This document shows, piece after piece, positions 1-12,409 of a stretch of 40,197 nucleotides of DNA. Both the position numbers and the translations under genes were made by a program. The stretch is from Vicugna vicugna (Eukaryota). The stretch is taken from assembly GCA_013265495.1 (NCBI GenBank), contig MU058781.1:310001-350197 (forward strand), written 5' to 3'. The notes below the pieces were generated by a model. The model saw nothing but the letters and a program-made list of their open reading frames with translations. It was not told where the DNA came from and did no database searches. Position 1 is the first letter of the stretch. Each line of letters opens with the position of its first letter.

Positions 1-235
1 TGAAAGGTTGGGAGAAGAGAGAATCATGGCTAAATGGTCCATCTTGGATTCTTTCCAAACATATCCTACCAGAAGTCACAACAGGGATGCCCGAATATGT
101 GTAGACTTCCTGTGACGTGCCCCTGGAGTTCCTACTCAGCAACAGTTTTCCGTTGAACAGTAGTACTCGGGTACAGGTCTGCAACCAACATCGATACCAG
201 AGCCATAGTCTACCTTTTAATTGATTTAGGAAAAT

Positions 236-360
236 GTATTTGCTACCTACTTTGGTATATACAAGATACTGCGTCGAAGCACTGCACGTATGTTGTCTCT
301 GCTCAAAGCCCAGAGTGGGTTGGATCATGTCTCCATGTTACGTCAAAGGAGTCATGAAAG
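236..360 (-). mobile_element. Highly decayed MIR SINE remnant
   Basis: Loose match (tacctact..gcactg..tgttgtctc..tctccatgttac) to the antisense MIR 3' half; boundaries approximate. Confidence 0.3.
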
Positions 361-1540
361 ATTCAAGCCAATAGGTTTGTCTCTCAAAAGTGTTTGAGCT
401 TAAGCCTTATTTGTGATTATGGAGTGAGAAGCCTTGTTTCATAATAATGAGATGCTGGAGAATCTGGGAGTTTGGAAAGGGCTGAAGGATACTTCCTAAT
501 GTGCTGGGTGTTAAGCAGAATAGATTCACTCCTTTGCCAAACAGCGTTCAGCACAGGAGTGTCGCCTGGCACAGGGCGATTCCATTAAATGCCATTCATA
601 AACCCATTCTATTATCTGTGCAAAGATCTGGACAGTGTTTTCAAATTTGAATTCAAAGGACAACATAGGGCATTTTAATAACAAATTGCTGATCTGAGAA
701 TTTCTCAAAGAACCCATTGTGTACCATAAGGTGATGGTTCAACTAATGCCTCTGTGGAAATCTGTGGACTGAACAACCGGTCTGGCTGGCTTACAAATTA
801 CAACATTATTTTTCCTAAACCCGCAACATCCATGATTTCATTTCAGTAAAACAGTATTTTAAACAATGACTAAATGTGTAAAAAATATATATCAAAGGCC
901 ATGGAACAATTTATTAATAATGGTAGGACATTTTCTGCCCTAGTCTTAATGCATCACTTAGGACCATATTGATTCAGTATCAGAGTTCCTGGAAACAAGC
1001 CTCTTATCGATATCTAAGATCTTGATGTTGTAATTGAACTAGAAAATGTAAGATTTCCACTGCTCCTGCTGAGAATTCTTCCCAATAAATGTATGTTCTC
1101 CACTGGGGCTAAAACCATTGCTACTTGTGTTTTTAATTTTTCCTCCTGTTTCTTTTTCATATTATTCAGTTTTCTTTCTTCTCTCCTTTTCTCGAAAGGA
1201 CAGACATATTAGATACTGTTCCTCTAAGACAACTTGCACTTTAGGGGGACATTTGAATGATAAACTTTGTTATAACTTACAGCCAGAAAATCACCAGTGT
1301 GCAGTGTGCAAGTACCAGAAAATGTATTAATGCTTAACTCTATAATGTGGTTGAATGAAAGTCTTAACAGAGAGGAGCTTTCACTGTTTCTCGCATTTTT
1401 TGCATGCTTTTTTGGAACAAGTTTAAGAGATGTCTCTGTCTGCAGCTTCCTTGAGCAGACAGGACATCGACCGCTGAGCCGCATGAATTACGTGTCAGGT
1501 ACCGGCAGGGCGTCATTGGCTGAGAGGACGAGGAGCACGC

Positions 1541-1665
1541 AGCTGGGGTTATGATTGTGACGGCAGGGCTTAGCGGATGTGTGATCTTGGGTAAAATGTT
1601 TCATCGCTTTGAGCATCTACAGATGAAGGGACGGGGCAGGGTGACTTAAGGTCCCACTACTGGAA
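1541..1665 (+). mobile_element. MIR/MIR3 SINE remnant
   Basis: Core-like tgtgtgatcttgggtaaa..catctacagatgaaggg followed by taaggtccc, resembling the MIR core and MIR3 tail. Confidence 0.5.
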
Positions 1666-1890
1666 CACATCTTGGCTGTGTGTTTTCAGAAGCTTGAGAA
1701 AAGGAATGAAGAGCTACTTGAAGAAAGCTGACTAGAGCATCAGACATTATGAGAAGTAAACAGTTTTAGTGGCGTGGAATCATTCGAACAAGAGGAGTGC
1801 TTAGGGAAAGTCGGATGACACGCTGCCCTGGAGGGAGAAGGGGCGTGGCTTACCCTTCCGACCAGATGGCTGTAGAACCAGCGTAGACCA

Positions 1891-2337
1891 TGTTGTGCCG
1901 GGCTTTCCTAGACGCCCGCTGTGGTACCAGGATGTTCATTCGTCAGGAAACTGGGAGAACTGCCTCCTGATGGCTCACAGCCAAATCCCTCTCTTGGAAT
2001 GATGTTTAGCTGAAGGGAGTTGCTTTAATCAAGGTTATCCTTTCTCCCTGGGGGTCGTCTGCTTCTAATGACTGTTCAGTGTAGAGAGGGTACGAAGGCT
2101 AGACTCTCTTGCCTGGACCTGAGACAGCTCTGAAGGATCAGCCCAGCTCAGAGAGCCCAGTGTGATTGCGGGATCCTCTGGGGTCACTGTTGCAAATGCA
2201 TCACAACTCACTTCCTCTCTCTGCCAAATTTTGCTTCCTTCATTTCCTTTCGGATGGTGTACATGAATGTGCCCCTCAGTAAGTCTCCTACACCAGCATT
2301 CTCTCAGAGCCTGTTTCTGGGTGATCCACCCAAGATA
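1891..2337 (+). mobile_element. ERVL solo LTR, LTR16C-like
   Basis: gacagctctgaaggatcagcccagctc..tgttgcaaatgcatcacaactcacttcctctctctgccaaat..ctcagagcctgtttctgggtgatccacccaagata follows the LTR16 3' half as I recall it; 5' boundary approximate. Confidence 0.75.
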
Positions 2338-2839
2338 TCCGAAGGTGGGAAATAAAAGCTTTAGTCTTAAAGACTCATTGAGAAAGGGGTTGAGGTAGGC
2401 GACAGCAGGGTGATAAGCAGGGAAAGACAGGGCAAAGGAAAACTAGCAAATGATTGGATCCTACGAGAATTGAGTTAGCGCAGACAATATAATGGAATAA
2501 GGTGCTTCTTCTGTCTAAGATAGAAGTAACCCACTTGGGCAGTTTTGGGGTCTATGTCAGAAGGTCTCTTTTAGAAGTTAGTACGTATTTCAGTAGAGGG
2601 AGCATGAGACAACAGTGTTTGCCATGTTGCCTTTCACGGACGATGAGACCTCGGAGCCAGTAGAGGAGCCCAGGGGTCCTTCTGCAGATGGGAGTCCACG
2701 GAGGCACGTGGTATTTTTGAGAAACCACCAGGGGTGGAAGAAAGAGCATTACATGATCCCAACAACAAGCGTCCCCTCCTGCCAAGAGGATATTCAGGAT
2801 TCTAGGTGAGAGAGTCAGGAGTTCTCACAGAGATCTGCC

Positions 2840-2877
<38 letters not shown>

Positions 2878-2925
2878 GAGAGAGGGAGGGAGGGAGGGAG
2901 GGAGGGAGAGAGAGGAAGAGAGAGG
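2840..2925. repeat. Pure-purine (GA)n/(GGGA)n compound microsatellite
   Basis: 86 consecutive purines: (GA)n, then six GGG tracts separated by single A at 2884-2906. Confidence 0.97.
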
Positions 2926-4059
2926 TGGGCAGAGACTAGTTCTTCTGAGAATAGTGGGACTGGAGTGTTTCTTAGGGCAAGTCTCAGGAGACGCAGTTAG
3001 ACACTTCCTTTCTCCCTTCATGGGGAAGTTGCTGGAGGAGCTTGTTAAGAAAACAGAGACTCAGGTAGCAGGCGACCGAGGAAGGGAGGTATCCAGCGTT
3101 GGCTCACTCAGGGGTCATCATACAACTTCAATGCCTAGATATTTCTTTAGAAAACACTGTGATTAGTCAAAACCGCCTCTCCTATCCTCCTCCCCACGTT
3201 TTCTACCCGTGTAGCTGCTTTTTGCTCATACCAGATTTCGTATTTACATCTAATGTATTTCACCTTGTTATGTAGACTTGGATTCCAGCCAGCTGTGAAT
3301 CTCTTCCTTCTGATTCAGTCCTTCATTATGTTCTCTAACCCATTCTCCTGCTCTTTCCTCCACTCTGCCTCGGGCCACTTCTGAATGTGGCCAAAATGGT
3401 GTAGAAGACATTTTGTCTAGTGTCAACACCGTTGTCTATCTGTTGAACTAAAAATATTTTGATTCCCCTAAGAAATTCTCCCAGAGACCATAGGTTGTGA
3501 AGAGAGGGCAGAGTTCTGATAAGAGTAGATTTGCTGCGAGTGTAAATGACACGCATCTCCTTGTGTCTTCCTGACCTGCTCCCTTCCAGGACCACATCCA
3601 TCACCTTGATTTAATGATGGACCACTTCTGGGAAGAGGAGAATTTGTGAAGTGCTGAAACCTGTAGCATCCAGGTCTTACTAGTCAACTTAGGTTGCCTG
3701 GTCACTTGGCATCCCAACCGATCAGTTGTTCAGTCTCCAATAGGACCCAGGTAGCTATATCTAAGCTATTTATTTTAAAAAGAAGAGTTATTTGCTTAAA
3801 CAAACATGGATTTACTCTAAAATTCTAGAGTCCTTCGTGCCCACCCATCTACTTCTGTTGTATGCATCCTGTGATCAAGTCTTAGGTTCTTCTTGCTGTT
3901 CTTTTGCTACCATTAGGAGGTTTCTCAAGGATTTGTCTACAGGGAATTTTTTTAACACTGTGTCAAGGGCTTTAGTGTCATGGGAATATTGAAAAGACTT
4001 TGCCTTTTGCCAGCGTCTGACCCTTCATGTGTGTCTGAGGTTCTGTTTTCTACAACCCG

Positions 4060-4588
4060 TGTCCTGGGTACGTGAGTGTAAGCAACAGAAATGACTACAC
4101 TAAGTTCATCTGAGAACAAACTTACTGGAACATTTATTTCATAGCTCATATTAAAATGAGCAGAAGCCAAGGAAGGCTTAGTGGTAGAAACAAAACCATT
4201 CTACTAAAGAAACCACCTTGTTAGGGGCTGGCTGCTGTTGGTACTTGTCCCACCACTGCGTCTGGAGGTCCCAGCTACCACCACACAGAACTGGACCACC
4301 ACTGTCCCCGCCACATGCTGATGCTAGTGATGGATTCTAACCTGCACTTCATCTTAATATGTCATGTGCAAGTTTCAGAGTGTTTGGTGGAAGCATCCAG
4401 TTATTCTCTTCTAGGTCATATGCTTGCAGCTTAACTCTCAGGAGTGAGAAAAGGGAGCCTCTGGTCTCCTTTTTCATTTATATGGGAAGGTGTGACTTCC
4501 TTCCACAAACACTCTGAGAATGGAGATTCCTCCAACACTGGAATGAATGTATATGCTGGGAAGCCCCAAATGACAAGTGTTCACCACA
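4060..4588 (-). mobile_element. ERVL solo LTR, LTR41/LTR33-like
   Basis: taagcaacagaaa at the left end, ctaggtcatatgc..gggagcctctgg internally, and gctgggaagccccaaatgacaagtgttcaccaca at the right end, as in antisense LTR41-type LTRs. Confidence 0.65.
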
Positions 4589-4749
4589 TGCACAAAGGCT
4601 GTTATAAAGGTAAGGGAGGTGAGTCCCATCCCTTCCAAACTAACTGCAACAGGAGCAGCATCTGAGTAGTTACCACTGAGTCACTGGAGGTAATTAATTA
4701 TAGTTTTGCTGCTAGTTTGTCTACCTAATAATTACATTTGATCCTACCA

Positions 4750-4850
4750 GTTCCTGAATCTACTGTGTTCTGCCGCTGTATTAATTGGGTGACTTTTTTT
4801 AACCTTCTTGGACATAGAGATGGCTGGTACCTTCCAGTGTTAACATTCTG
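4750..4850 (+). mobile_element. MIR3-like remnant
   Basis: ctgccgctgtattaattgggtgac..ttaacctt..ggtaccttccagtgttaacattctga resembles the MIR core and MIR3 tail. Confidence 0.4.
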
Positions 4851-5899
4851 AATTTCCACCTTGATTAATCTTCCTCTTCTGACTGTGACGTAGGCTGGTG
4901 TGTGAAGGGCTGTCTTCTCAGCTCGGTACCCAGTCCCCAGCGGAGTGAGTATAGGATCCTTTTGTATGGGCTGCTGAGCCCCACGTTTTAGCACCCTAAA
5001 TTGAAAGTCTGTACCACAAACATATGGTTTCAACTTGACCTTCTGTCATTCTTCCAAGAGGCAGGAGTGCAGGAGAAACCTGCAGGTGGCGAGAGTGGGG
5101 CTGATTTATTCAGTTACAAGCCTATCGGGATTGGAGGGCAAGGGGGAAGCTCTGAAAGCAAATTCCTATAGCGGGAAAGTCTAGATGCTATAAAAATTCA
5201 ATTTTACCAAGGCTAAATGAGTGTTGTGTTTTGTTTTTTTTTCTTATTCTGAATTAACTTTGTTCTGAAATAGAAATCCTTTTCTTTTTCCTTTTCCTTC
5301 CCTTCCATTCTCGGCTTTTGTCTAGGGACCCTATTTAGGATTAAAATAAATGGACCATTTCAGCATAAATGTAGCAGTGCAGGAAAGAGTGTGGAAAGTG
5401 CTTACTGCATAAAACACATCCCTTTCTGATTCATTACGTCCCTTTTCTGCTGTGTATAAGTGGACACCTTTCACTAACTCACTACAGGGTAGCTGGGCAC
5501 ATGCGCTTGGAAGAGAGGAGGCGTCCTCTTCCAAAATACGTTGGACTAAACCATCAATCAAACAGACTTCCCACAATCAATCCACTAACACAAGGGGCCG
5601 TCCGAAATGTGTCTCGGCCAAGCTTGAAACCTTCCTTTCCTGTTAAGTAAGTCCCAGGAACAGATGTGTTTTCATGGAAGATAAGCATTCTTCATGTCTA
5701 AACGAAGCTCTGATTAGAAAATAGCTTAGATGTGAAAAGCCAAGAATGAGCTCCCCCCACCCAAAAAAAAGGTAAACATTTTAAAAAAGCAGACTAGAAA
5801 TTGAAGTATGAGATGTAGCTGAATGAAGAGAGGCAATCATTAACATAACATATCTGTTATCTGCATTTTCAGGAGAATTTTAAAACAAATCCTTGGGTG

Positions 5900-6250
5900 C
5901 AGCTAAAAGGAAAGAGCTCAGTAGAAGCATTCATGAACATCAATAAATAAATTATTTTACTGTGGAATTTTAGAGGCACAGTAATAATGGTATAATCTGA
6001 TTTTTATTTAAGATGGAAAGCTACACAAATGTGAAAGCAAGGGGCGAAGATAACACTAACAGAAATATGTATAATGTGCTGTAGTTTTCAAATATACATG
6101 ATCATGTTCTATGTTCAGTGATAATTCTTGGAAACAGTGACTATTTTTTTTTATTTTGGAATTACTAGTGATTTTGATTGTCTTTTTTTTATACTTTTCT
6201 ACATCTTCCACAAATTATACAGTAAGTTCTTTTGAGGATTAAAAATATTT
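5900..6250 (+). mobile_element. Ancient L1ME 3' end remnant
   Basis: ggaattactagtgattttgattgtcttttttttatacttttctacatcttccacaaatt matches the L1ME3/4 terminal 3'UTR pattern; left boundary uncertain. Confidence 0.5.
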
Positions 6251-7000
6251 TTTTATCCCTGTATAATTTCTACAGGTTACTTTTCATTTACAGTTATTTC
6301 AAAATATCGGCTATATTCCCGGTTTTGTGCAATGCATCCTCGAACCTGTCTTACACTCAAGAGATTGCACCTCCCAGTATTACAGCAAACCAAATTTGCA
6401 TTTATCCAGGCAGGAAGAGGCAGGAAACCTGGAATGGGCATAATTAAACTTTCAACCAGTCAACAGGCTACACTTAGAAATATATTAATTTAGAGTCAGC
6501 TATCCTACCTGTAACTCACAGGGGAAAAAAAAAAAACCTGAAGAATGAGCAGGGATCATTGAAGGGTTTCAGTACTGTGATCGTGCTTAGGAGCAATCCA
6601 GGCTCTGAGAACTGGGCGTCGATATTTACTTTCAAAAGTAGGACAAAGATGGCATGAATTTCTTTACGAGCAAGAGTTTGCTGGGCTACTGGTCCCAAAC
6701 TTGGGATAAATCATCTCAATGTGTATGATTCCTAACATTTTTAGCGGCTTCTGTTGCTCTGCAAATCAGCCATAGTGGATTCCGTACCTCTCTTCCATCG
6801 CAGACCCCACGTGCAGAGTGGGTTCTCATTCAAACATGCCATGACGCCCAGCACCATCTTCCTTTGTAGATTAAACTTCCTCACCCTAACCGATCAGAAA
6901 CCGTAATTCCTTCATCTACGCTATGCCTGTCCTTCTCCCTCCAAATACACAAATACAGGGGATCCAGAATATTTTAAAATCAATATGTTTAATGCTTGTA

Positions 7001-7171
7001 TTTTTTTTTAATTGAAGTATAGTCAGTTACAATGTGTCAATTTCTGGTGCACAGCACAATGTCCCAGTCATGCATATACATAGATTCATTTTCATATTCC
7101 TTTTTATTAAAGGTTATTACAAGATATTGAGCACAGTTCCTTGTGCTATACAGAAGAAATTTTTAAAATCT
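7001..7171 (-). mobile_element. Short, 5'-truncated young L1 3' end of camelid type
   Basis: Poly-T followed by aattgaagtatagtcagttacaatgtgtcaatttctggtgcacagcacaatgtcccagtcatgcatataca..ggttattacaagatattgagcacagttccttgtgctatacagaagaaa. Possible degenerate TSD tgtatttttt / tgtgtttctt. Confidence 0.85.
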
Positions 7172-7639
7172 GTGTTTCTTCATTAACATAAATTCCACTC
7201 TCTCCACTCTCTCCAACTCTACTGCACTGTGCATTTTTACTTGTTGTGGTTAATCATTTCTTTGTGATCATAAAATTCCTAGTTCTGTTTTACTTTAAAA
7301 ATCAGTGAATACTTGAGCTAAAAAGAACCTGAAAACATCACCTAGTTCATCTTTCTGTACCCAGACATCCGAGACTTTAGACCATCCTAAAATGATGGAT
7401 TGCTCTTGCTTGCTGTGACCTCAGACTTAGACAATTCTACAATGATAGATTACTTTTTTCTGGTATAAATACTATATATTGGACAAATAATATGCATCCT
7501 CGCTCTTTGTCATTTTTATCATCATTTCACATGTGCTTTTCTTTTATTGAATTTCTTACAAATATGATATTAATTTTTCATATATAATATTTTAAAATGT
7601 CTTATTGTATGTTTGTGTATCTGTATTTTATATATTTCA

Positions 7640-8220
7640 TTAACTAAGGAAACAGTCCAGTCTTATTTATAATTTAATCTTGTACCCACATTCTGTGGGT
7701 TGACTTATGTCCCCCCAAAAGACATGCTGAAGTCCTAATCCTGGATCTATGCATGCAACTTTATCTAGAAATAGGATTTGGTTTGCGTAGATGTAATCAA
7801 TTTAAGATGGAGTTATCCTTGTCTGAGATGGGCCCTGATCGAATATGATTGGTCTCTCTACAAGAAAAGGAAAATGCCATACAAAGACAGAGACACACAA
7901 TACCACATAACAACAGAGGCAGATATGGGGGATTGGTGCATCTGGAAACCAGAAAACACCCAAAATTGATGACCACCACCAGGAGCTAGGAAAGGCAGGG
8001 AAGGATTCTACCCAGAGTCTCGGAGGGAGTGTGGCCCTGCTGACATCTTGATTTTGGGTTTATAACCTCCAGAACAGAGACATTGTAAATTTCTATTGTT
8101 TTAAGCCACCGGGTTTGTTGCAGCAGCCCTGGTAAACTAGTACACCATGCGAGTCTCAGTTCATAATAGATGCTCAGTTAATACTTGTTAACTGAATGCC
8201 TGAGTGAATGAATGGATGAG
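7640..8220 (+). mobile_element. L2 3' end interrupted by an MLT1C LTR (L2 parts about 7640-7690 and 8145-8220)
   Basis: Left part gtcttatttataatttaatcttgtacccaca and right part gatgctcagttaatacttgttaactgaatg..tgaatgaatgga join into the L2 terminus. Confidence 0.6.
7691..8144 (+). mobile_element. MaLR solo LTR, MLT1C-like
   Basis: Starts ttctgtgggttgacttatgtccccccaaaa, contains ggaaggattctacccagag..ggagggagtgtggccctgctgacatcttgattt, and ends gcagccctggtaaactagtaca. 5-bp flanks ccaca/ccatg. Confidence 0.9.
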
Positions 8221-9279
8221 TATAGTCAGACAATGACCCCACGGAGTCTGTAAGTTCATGTTTACCTGCATGAGTTCACTGTGGGGTGATGCTGAGCTAC
8301 TTATACAGGAATAAAGCAAGGCTGAGCACAAGCCAGCTCTCAGTCTGGTGGGTGGGTTAAAGTCAGTGTATCTTAAATTCCAGGGCGATCTCCCCTGACA
8401 GTGAATAACAGTTTTTAAGGTACTTTCTCTACATTCAAATAAAACAAGTGGATTTTTAACCTTTGGCTAAGCAAAATGTAATTATAAGATTAAATAATCT
8501 TTGGAATAGCACATAATATTCTCAGTCTAACAAAAACAGAAACAAATATAAAATAGACAGACACATTTGGACTATTTCCCGTTTGAGAATATGAAAAAAA
8601 GTCAGAGAAATAACTAGCATCAGAGTGGCAAATGCTTTGTTATGATTATAGTTTTACATTTGCCTGTGAAAATTTATCAGTATTTCATCTTATAAATCAT
8701 TATGGGATTATTTAGAATATTTATTTCCATCTTATAGGTAGTGCAGCTAAGGCACTTTAATTTCTAAATCAGGCACTCAAAGTGTTGAAAATGTGCCACA
8801 TTTATTTTCTGACTTTAACCCTGGTACCACAGAAAGAGACTTACTTGACAAAGAAGGATGCTTCCGAATCATTGTATTTTCGTAAACCACAATCTTAATT
8901 ACTGGATAAGCTTAGTACATTTATCACAAATCATTTCTGCTGGAAGTAGAGAAAGTAAGATATAAAGATAAAAAGGTAGTTGAACAAATAAAGACATATA
9001 GGCAGTTTGTATTTCATGTACACAGGCATGTATGAAGATGAGGATGCAAAGATACAAGAACCATATATATATATAGGCGACAGGTAAAAACCTAGACACT
9101 TGGATGTATTGTGTGTTTATATTTTTCCAGTGTTGTGATAAACATAAGTCTGTTTCTTACAAATAAACTCTAGAAATTTCCCACTAGGACAATAGAAGCT
9201 CTACATCTTGTTTCCTTGAGTGATAGCCTTTGAAAATAAGTTTGAAATTACGTTTTTAAGAGTAGTAGTGTGACATGAG

Positions 9280-9535
9280 GGACACTTGTGATCCAATGTT
9301 AAATGAAAAGATTAGTTTACACAATTTGAAATACAATAATTTTCTCAAGATGGTGACATTAAGTGTAATGTATCCTTTTCTATATCCTTCAGGTTCTCAA
9401 AAATTATTATTAATACCAAGATGGTGACATTAAGTGTAATGTATCCTTTTCTCTCTGTATCCTTTTCTATATCCTTCAGGTTCTCAAAAATTATTATTAA
9501 TATCACTTGTAAAATCAGAAAATAAAAAACATTTC
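9280..9535 (+). mobile_element. Ancient L1ME 3' end remnant containing a tandem duplication
   Basis: aatgttaaatgaaaag.. and terminal tatcacttgtaaaatcagaaaataaaaaa resemble the L1ME end. Confidence 0.45.
9346..9502. repeat. 70-bp tandem duplication with a nested 16-bp extra segment
   Basis: 9346-9415 and 9417-9502 are identical except that copy 2 carries an extra ctctgtatccttttct. Confidence 0.97.
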
Positions 9536-12409
9536 AGTACTATAAACCTTTAGTTTTTTCCAGAAAAAAAACTATATGGAAGCTCATGTTAGAAACCTAC
9601 TTTATTCTGTTTGAGACCCCAAGTTCCCCACAGGTATCAAAATATTTACACTATTTTACACCTTTCATATTCATTCACAATTCTATTTTAATGAATGAAA
9701 AATAAAAGGTTTTCTCTGGATAATCCCATTTATTAATTCGCCAAGCATCTTTGTGTAAGTGTTATACTCAGGTACTACACAAGGTACTGGGAAAGAATAA
9801 AATAAAATAAAACTCAAGTATGTCAGCAATGGGGAAAAATAAATAAATATATGATGAGGTGGAAAATGAAACCCCAGCTGTTGATGTGTACCAAAATAAA
9901 TCAGCAGCTTCTTCTATGAAGATTGTCATTTGTGGGTGAACAAATAGATTTTGTCCACTTAAGTGCCCAAAACAAAACAAAATGGAAAAAAAAAAAAGTT
10001 CCCCTAGAAGGTAGTGTGACTTTGGCAGCAGGGACAAGGCATCCCTGAGCTGCTGGCGCTGAAATTTCCTGAGTGGAAACATCACCAGTCTTCAGTTTGA
10101 CGTTGGTTTATGGGCTTTAAGAAAAGCTCATTCTTATTCATGTGCAGATACAGGTATATTTTTGCTTGGAAACTGTGAATTTTATATGGACATAAGCAGT
10201 CACTGCTATTTCATTACTAATAAGAAACCAAGCTCCTGTTACACTCCTTGGAATGTTTTAAAACATCGTCCACAGTAAGGAGCAGACCTGATCAGAATGG
10301 TTTCTTTAAGGATGGGCCCCAAGAACAGAACTCAAAGTGAGGAAAGATGGTGCCGTCGCCCGTGTCCTCTGCCTGCGGTCCCGGGCCTCCGAGCATCTCT
10401 CTCTGCAAAATATCCTGACCTTCTCAGCCCAAAGCGATCTCCCTCGTCTCACTGATGTTTACATTTTATGAAAAATCAGCAACATAGTGCCATTATAACC
10501 ATTTACTAGTCTTTTGAGCTCATAGGTAGCCAACCTCACCGTGCCTTTGACTAATCTCCCATAATATGGAGATAAGAATGGTTGTCCTGTCTCTTAATTA
10601 TTTCATTCACTTCTTCAGCCATGTTGTGATGATCAAATACTGTAAGTGCTTTGAAAAAAGCTGCAAAATATGATAGAAATGTGAAGCAGTGGGCTAGTTC
10701 CCCTCAAATTGAACCTTTTATTAGATCTAGCAGCACGGCTGTTTGTATCTTTCTATATGTGCGTCAATACAACGCTGTCTGTCTATCTAAGTATCTGCCT
10801 ATGCGTGTGTACTTATACACACGACTGTCTTGGTCTGTTGACCCGCCCCTATCTCACCATTGCACCCAGATTAGAAAGTTCACCTCGGCTGTGGCTTGTA
10901 TTTCTCTTACGTCCCTCAACACACGTAGCCCAGCTCTGAGCACACACTCAGGAAAGCCCCATTCAGTGACTGACTCATGACAGCGTTCATTTCCATGCCA
11001 TCAGGGGTCTTGCTGGAAAGCCACCTTTTTGGGGGAGGGTGGGTAGTAGCTTCATGCAACTTGTTCTGTTGCTGGTACCCTGGTGTGTGCAAAGTGACAG
11101 AGCATCACGGTCACAGAACCCAAGGAGTCTGAGGGTAGCATGGACTCCGATTGGTTTAGAGTGTATCAGATGCTTTGTCCTCATTTGTGTTCAACGTGTG
11201 GCAAAACCAATAATATATCTTGTAAGCGTGCTTGGAGGCAATACAGATTTAGGGAAAACATTCCCCACCGTGTGCCATCTGCTTCCCTCCATGTACAAGG
11301 CAAAGGCAGCAGTTTTATCATCGAAGGATACGAGTGACTTGCCGGTTTGCTTGCCTGTGAACAAGCACGGAGCATAGAGCAGTAACTTCGCTGCCCTGGA
11401 GGCCGCTCTGCGCGGTGCTGCGCTCAGAGCAGAGGGGGCTAGAGGCTTCGGTCCCCCACCCCCACTGGAAGAGTTCAGAGGTACAGAATGCAAGTCAACC
11501 ATCATTTAACTTATTTTGCTTTGCTAGATGGTGGCGTTAATTAATTTTGCTTTGTTGCCTCGCTTTCCTCTTGGTAGCATCATTCTTTTCAATAGCAAGG
11601 GAACCTTGCAAATGTCAAGCAGCCGGCCCCGATCACAACGGGCCGCAACATAAAAACACATTCGAGTTTGGAAGCTCCACGAATAACTTCTTTAGGGAAA
11701 AAAAGTAATAGCTGTAATTATGTTTGTGCCTGCCAATGAGCCGTGCTCTCTTTTTTTCCTCTTTCTCTTTCCCAGTGTCCTCAGCGGATTTTTGTCGTAC
11801 AAACAACAACAACAAAAAATCAGCATCTTTTGTCACTCCGTGGCCTCCACCTGTTGGACAGTCAGCTGTTTATATCTGAGCTGCCCACCTGCTGCCTTGT
11901 TACGCTCTCTGAGGTTTGCCGTCTTCAGACTTTCTGTGTTGAATCTACTTGTTCGACCTGTTTCTTGCACCATTTTGTATGGTCTCCATAATTCCAAGGG
12001 TTTTTTTTTCTTTAGTAGATTAATGCCAGCCCGTATCCCTGAACCGCAGCCCTGCAGCCTGAGGTCAGCGTCAGGGCTAACGCGATGCCCCCTCTCCATC
12101 TAAGGGTCCCTTACCAGCCCTCGTGTTCCTAGCAGGTTCTGAGTCTTCAGTATGTCATCGAGAAGAGAAAGAGAAAGAATCATCGCTTCAGACCTTAGTC
12201 TCCAGAGATTTCAACCCCTTCCCCAGCTTCACGCATCCGTACCTGTGAGTCCCTAGGGAAGTGACAGCTGAACGCTCTCAGTTGCGTCTGGCACTCCGCG
12301 CAGCGCCCACCACCCATGGAACAGCAAACCAGCGCTGGCGGTTCCTATTTTACGGTCTCCACCTTGATCAAACCTTCGCTTGCATCTTTTCATTTTATCC
12401 TTTTATATT

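Noticed and set aside
2806..3021. RE-rich and LS-rich ORFs on both strands
   Set aside because: Translation of the GA microsatellite.
2550..3125. Possible ancient Gypsy/ERV LTR around the GA tract
   Set aside because: The texture is LTR-like, but I cannot match it to a family or define its ends.
9346..9502. Direct repeats as a possible CRISPR array
   Set aside because: Only two copies, no spacers, no cas genes, and a mammalian context.
10651..12103. Dense overlapping ORFs of 65-127 aa
   Set aside because: They occur on both strands with no homology I recognise, and are explained by locally higher GC.
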